Origin: Thermodesulfobacteriota bacterium
GTDB taxonomy: Bacteria > Desulfobacterota_D > UBA1144 > Nemesobacterales > UBA2774
NCBI GenBank assembly: GCA_965216785.1
Contig: OZ244197.1
Location: forward strand, 374,828-438,827
DNA: 64,000 nt
Direction: 5' to 3'
Under the pieces are notes generated by a model. The model was not told where the DNA came from. It was given only the letters and a program-made list of their open reading frames with translations, and did no database searches. Below are positions 62,348-64,000 of this stretch, piece after piece. Every line of letters begins with the position of its first letter. Position 1 is the stretch's first letter. The position numbers were made by a program, and so were the translations under genes.

Positions 62348-63196
62348 TTAGTATACCAGGTAGAGTGCTATGTCTAAAGCTTTGGCAGAGTGTGTTACAG
62401 AGCCTACGGAAATGTAATCGACTCCTGTTTCCGCAATCCCCCTAACAGTTTCGAGCGTCACTCCGCCTGAAGCCTCTATGAGTGCTTTCCCATCTATTGC
62501 AGACACCGCTTCCCTCATATCCTGTGTAGACATGTTGTCGAGCATGATAATATCCGCCCCTGAGTTTAGCGCCTCACTTACCTCTGAGAGATTTGAGGTT
62601 TCGACTTCTATTTGGTATTTATCGCCGTACTTCCGCCTGACAACCTGCACAGCTTTTGAGATACCGCCGGCGGAGACTATGTGATTATCCTTAATAAGCA
62701 CGCCGTCGTACAGCCCTATGCGGTGGTTCTGCCCGCCGCCGGTCAAGACCGCGTACTTATCGAGCACCCTGAGGCCGGGCGCAGTCTTTCTGGTATCTAG
62801 AATTTTAGCTTTATACCCCTCACACTCAGCTGCGTACTTTGAGGTCTCAGTAGCAATGCCCGAGAGCCTCTGGAGAATATTAAGAGCAAGCCTTTCGCCC
62901 GTCAGAATTGCTCTGGTGGGGGCCTCTATTTGTAAGATAACGTCCCCGGGCATAACCTTCGCGCCGTCTTCCTTTGAAAGTACAATACGCGCCTCAGGGG
63001 AAAGTCTTTTAAAGACCCTCTCCGCGATGGGGCCGCCCGCGAGTACGCCTTTCTCCTTCACGCGAATCTCAGCAGTCGATACTGCGTCAACAGAGCAGAT
63101 AGTATCGGTCGTTACATCCCCAGGACCTACATCTTCCACAAGGGCGTTTTCTATAATCCGATCCACTTTTTCCCAATCAAGCTCCGGTCTGTTCAT
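62348..63196 (-). CDS. nadC: nicotinate-nucleotide pyrophosphorylase (carboxylating)
   Basis: 282 aa; quinolinate phosphoribosyltransferase pattern (VGPGDVTT, ILDTRKTAPGLR, IMLDNM). Confidence 0.9.
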   Translation of the reverse strand: MNRPELDWEKVDRIIENALVEDVGPGDVTTDTICSVDAVSTAEIRVKEKGVLAGGPIAERVFKRLSPEARIVLSKEDGAKVMPGDVILQIEAPTRAILTGERLALNILQRLSGIATETSKYAAECEGYKAKILDTRKTAPGLRVLDKYAVLTGGGQNHRIGLYDGVLIKDNHIVSAGGISKAVQVVRRKYGDKYQIEVETSNLSEVSEALNSGADIIMLDNMSTQDMREAVSAIDGKALIEASGGVTLETVRGIAETGVDYISVGSVTHSAKALDIALYLVY

Positions 63197-63221
63197 TTCT
63201 CTATTCGTCCTAATCCAGGAA

Positions 63222-64000
63222 TTATTCTTTTATAATTTTAGGTTCTTTTCCCCTTTCGAGCACGATGTGGGATTTCCAAGAAGGGTTTTCTTCCGGGAAA
63301 TCTTCCCTCATGTGCACCCCTCTGGACTCTTCCCTAATCTGAGAGAATCTCGCTATTAGGTGTGATACCTCAAGTATCATGTTCAATTTTATTTTAAAGT
63401 AGCCGGTGAGCTTGTCCAGATATGCCGAGCACCCAGCCAGCTCATCTAAAGCTTCTTTAAGACCGGCGCTGTTTCTGACCATACCTACATCCCGGTTCAT
63501 GATAGAGGATATAATGTTTCTGCATTCAATATATGTTTTTTGATCAGCATCGCTTGAGCCGCCTATATCGTAATCTGTAAAATCGGGTAGTAAATCCCGG
63601 GGCAAATCTGTTATATCGGCTGAATTTTGAAGCGCTCCGTCGACAGCTCTTTTAGCAAACACTATACATTCGAGAAGGGAATTACTTGCAAGCCTATTTG
63701 CTCCGTGTACTCCGGTGCAGGCGACCTCTCCGCACGCGAATAATCCCTTTATATTAGTCTCGCCCTGAAGTCCGGTGCCGACACCGCCTATGGTATAGTG
63801 GGCCGCGGGCGCAACCGGGATCATGTCCTCTGTCATATCCACACCTAACTCTCTACAGGCAAGGTATATATTTGCAAACCGGGATTTTACTGTTTCGGCG
63901 TCCATGTGCTTTAGGTCTAGATACACAAAATCCTTTCCCGACTCATTCATCTCTTTATAAATTGCGCGCGATACCACATCTCTTGGCGCAAGCTCGCCAA
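63222..64000 (-). CDS. nadB: L-aspartate oxidase, C-terminal part (5' end beyond window)
   Basis: Translation matches the C-terminal half of flavoprotein L-aspartate oxidase (RNSAGLKEALDEL...HIVLERGKEP); track starts at an internal Met, real gene continues past 64000. Confidence 0.85.
   Translation of the reverse strand, partial: GELAPRDVVSRAIYKEMNESGKDFVYLDLKHMDAETVKSRFANIYLACRELGVDMTEDMIPVAPAAHYTIGGVGTGLQGETNIKGLFACGEVACTGVHGANRLASNSLLECIVFAKRAVDGALQNSADITDLPRDLLPDFTDYDIGGSSDADQKTYIECRNIISSIMNRDVGMVRNSAGLKEALDELAGCSAYLDKLTGYFKIKLNMILEVSHLIARFSQIREESRGVHMREDFPEENPSWKSHIVLERGKEPKIIKE

Overview
This 64 kb window reads as a gene-dense chromosomal segment from a Gram-negative (diderm) bacterium, with about 58 protein-coding genes and no rRNA, tRNA, CRISPR array, transposase or integrase that I can support. 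All calls come from reading the six-frame translations and the DNA by eye; no database search, HMM or folding computation was run. Most of the window is housekeeping: nuoG-nuoH, gyrB, dcd, pheS, tgt-yajC-secD-secF, dapB, yicC, sucD, birA, greA-carB, argS, a tolQ/tolR/TonB-like module, yebC-ruvC-ruvA-ruvB, rho, ggt and nadB-nadC-nadA. The parts I think deserve a second look are: (1) a tightly packed three-gene cluster of a lone hydantoinase-B/oxoprolinase-like protein, a MEMO1-family protein and an M19 dipeptidase (21489-25269), the best candidate here for an undescribed system; (2) two tandem type IV pilin paralogs behind a consensus sigma-54 promoter with upstream TGTC repeats, followed by an ABC-2 transporter and a membrane-anchored protein (36277-40811); (3) an envelope operon of a small OB-fold-like secreted protein, a 1233-aa AsmA/TamB-like protein and a lipoprotein (28339-33227), plus a second large AsmA-like paralog running off the left edge (1-3489). 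Smaller oddities are an isolated nuoG-nuoH pair, an orphan sucD, two tandem SPOR-domain proteins, and a 141-bp ruvA-ruvB spacer.
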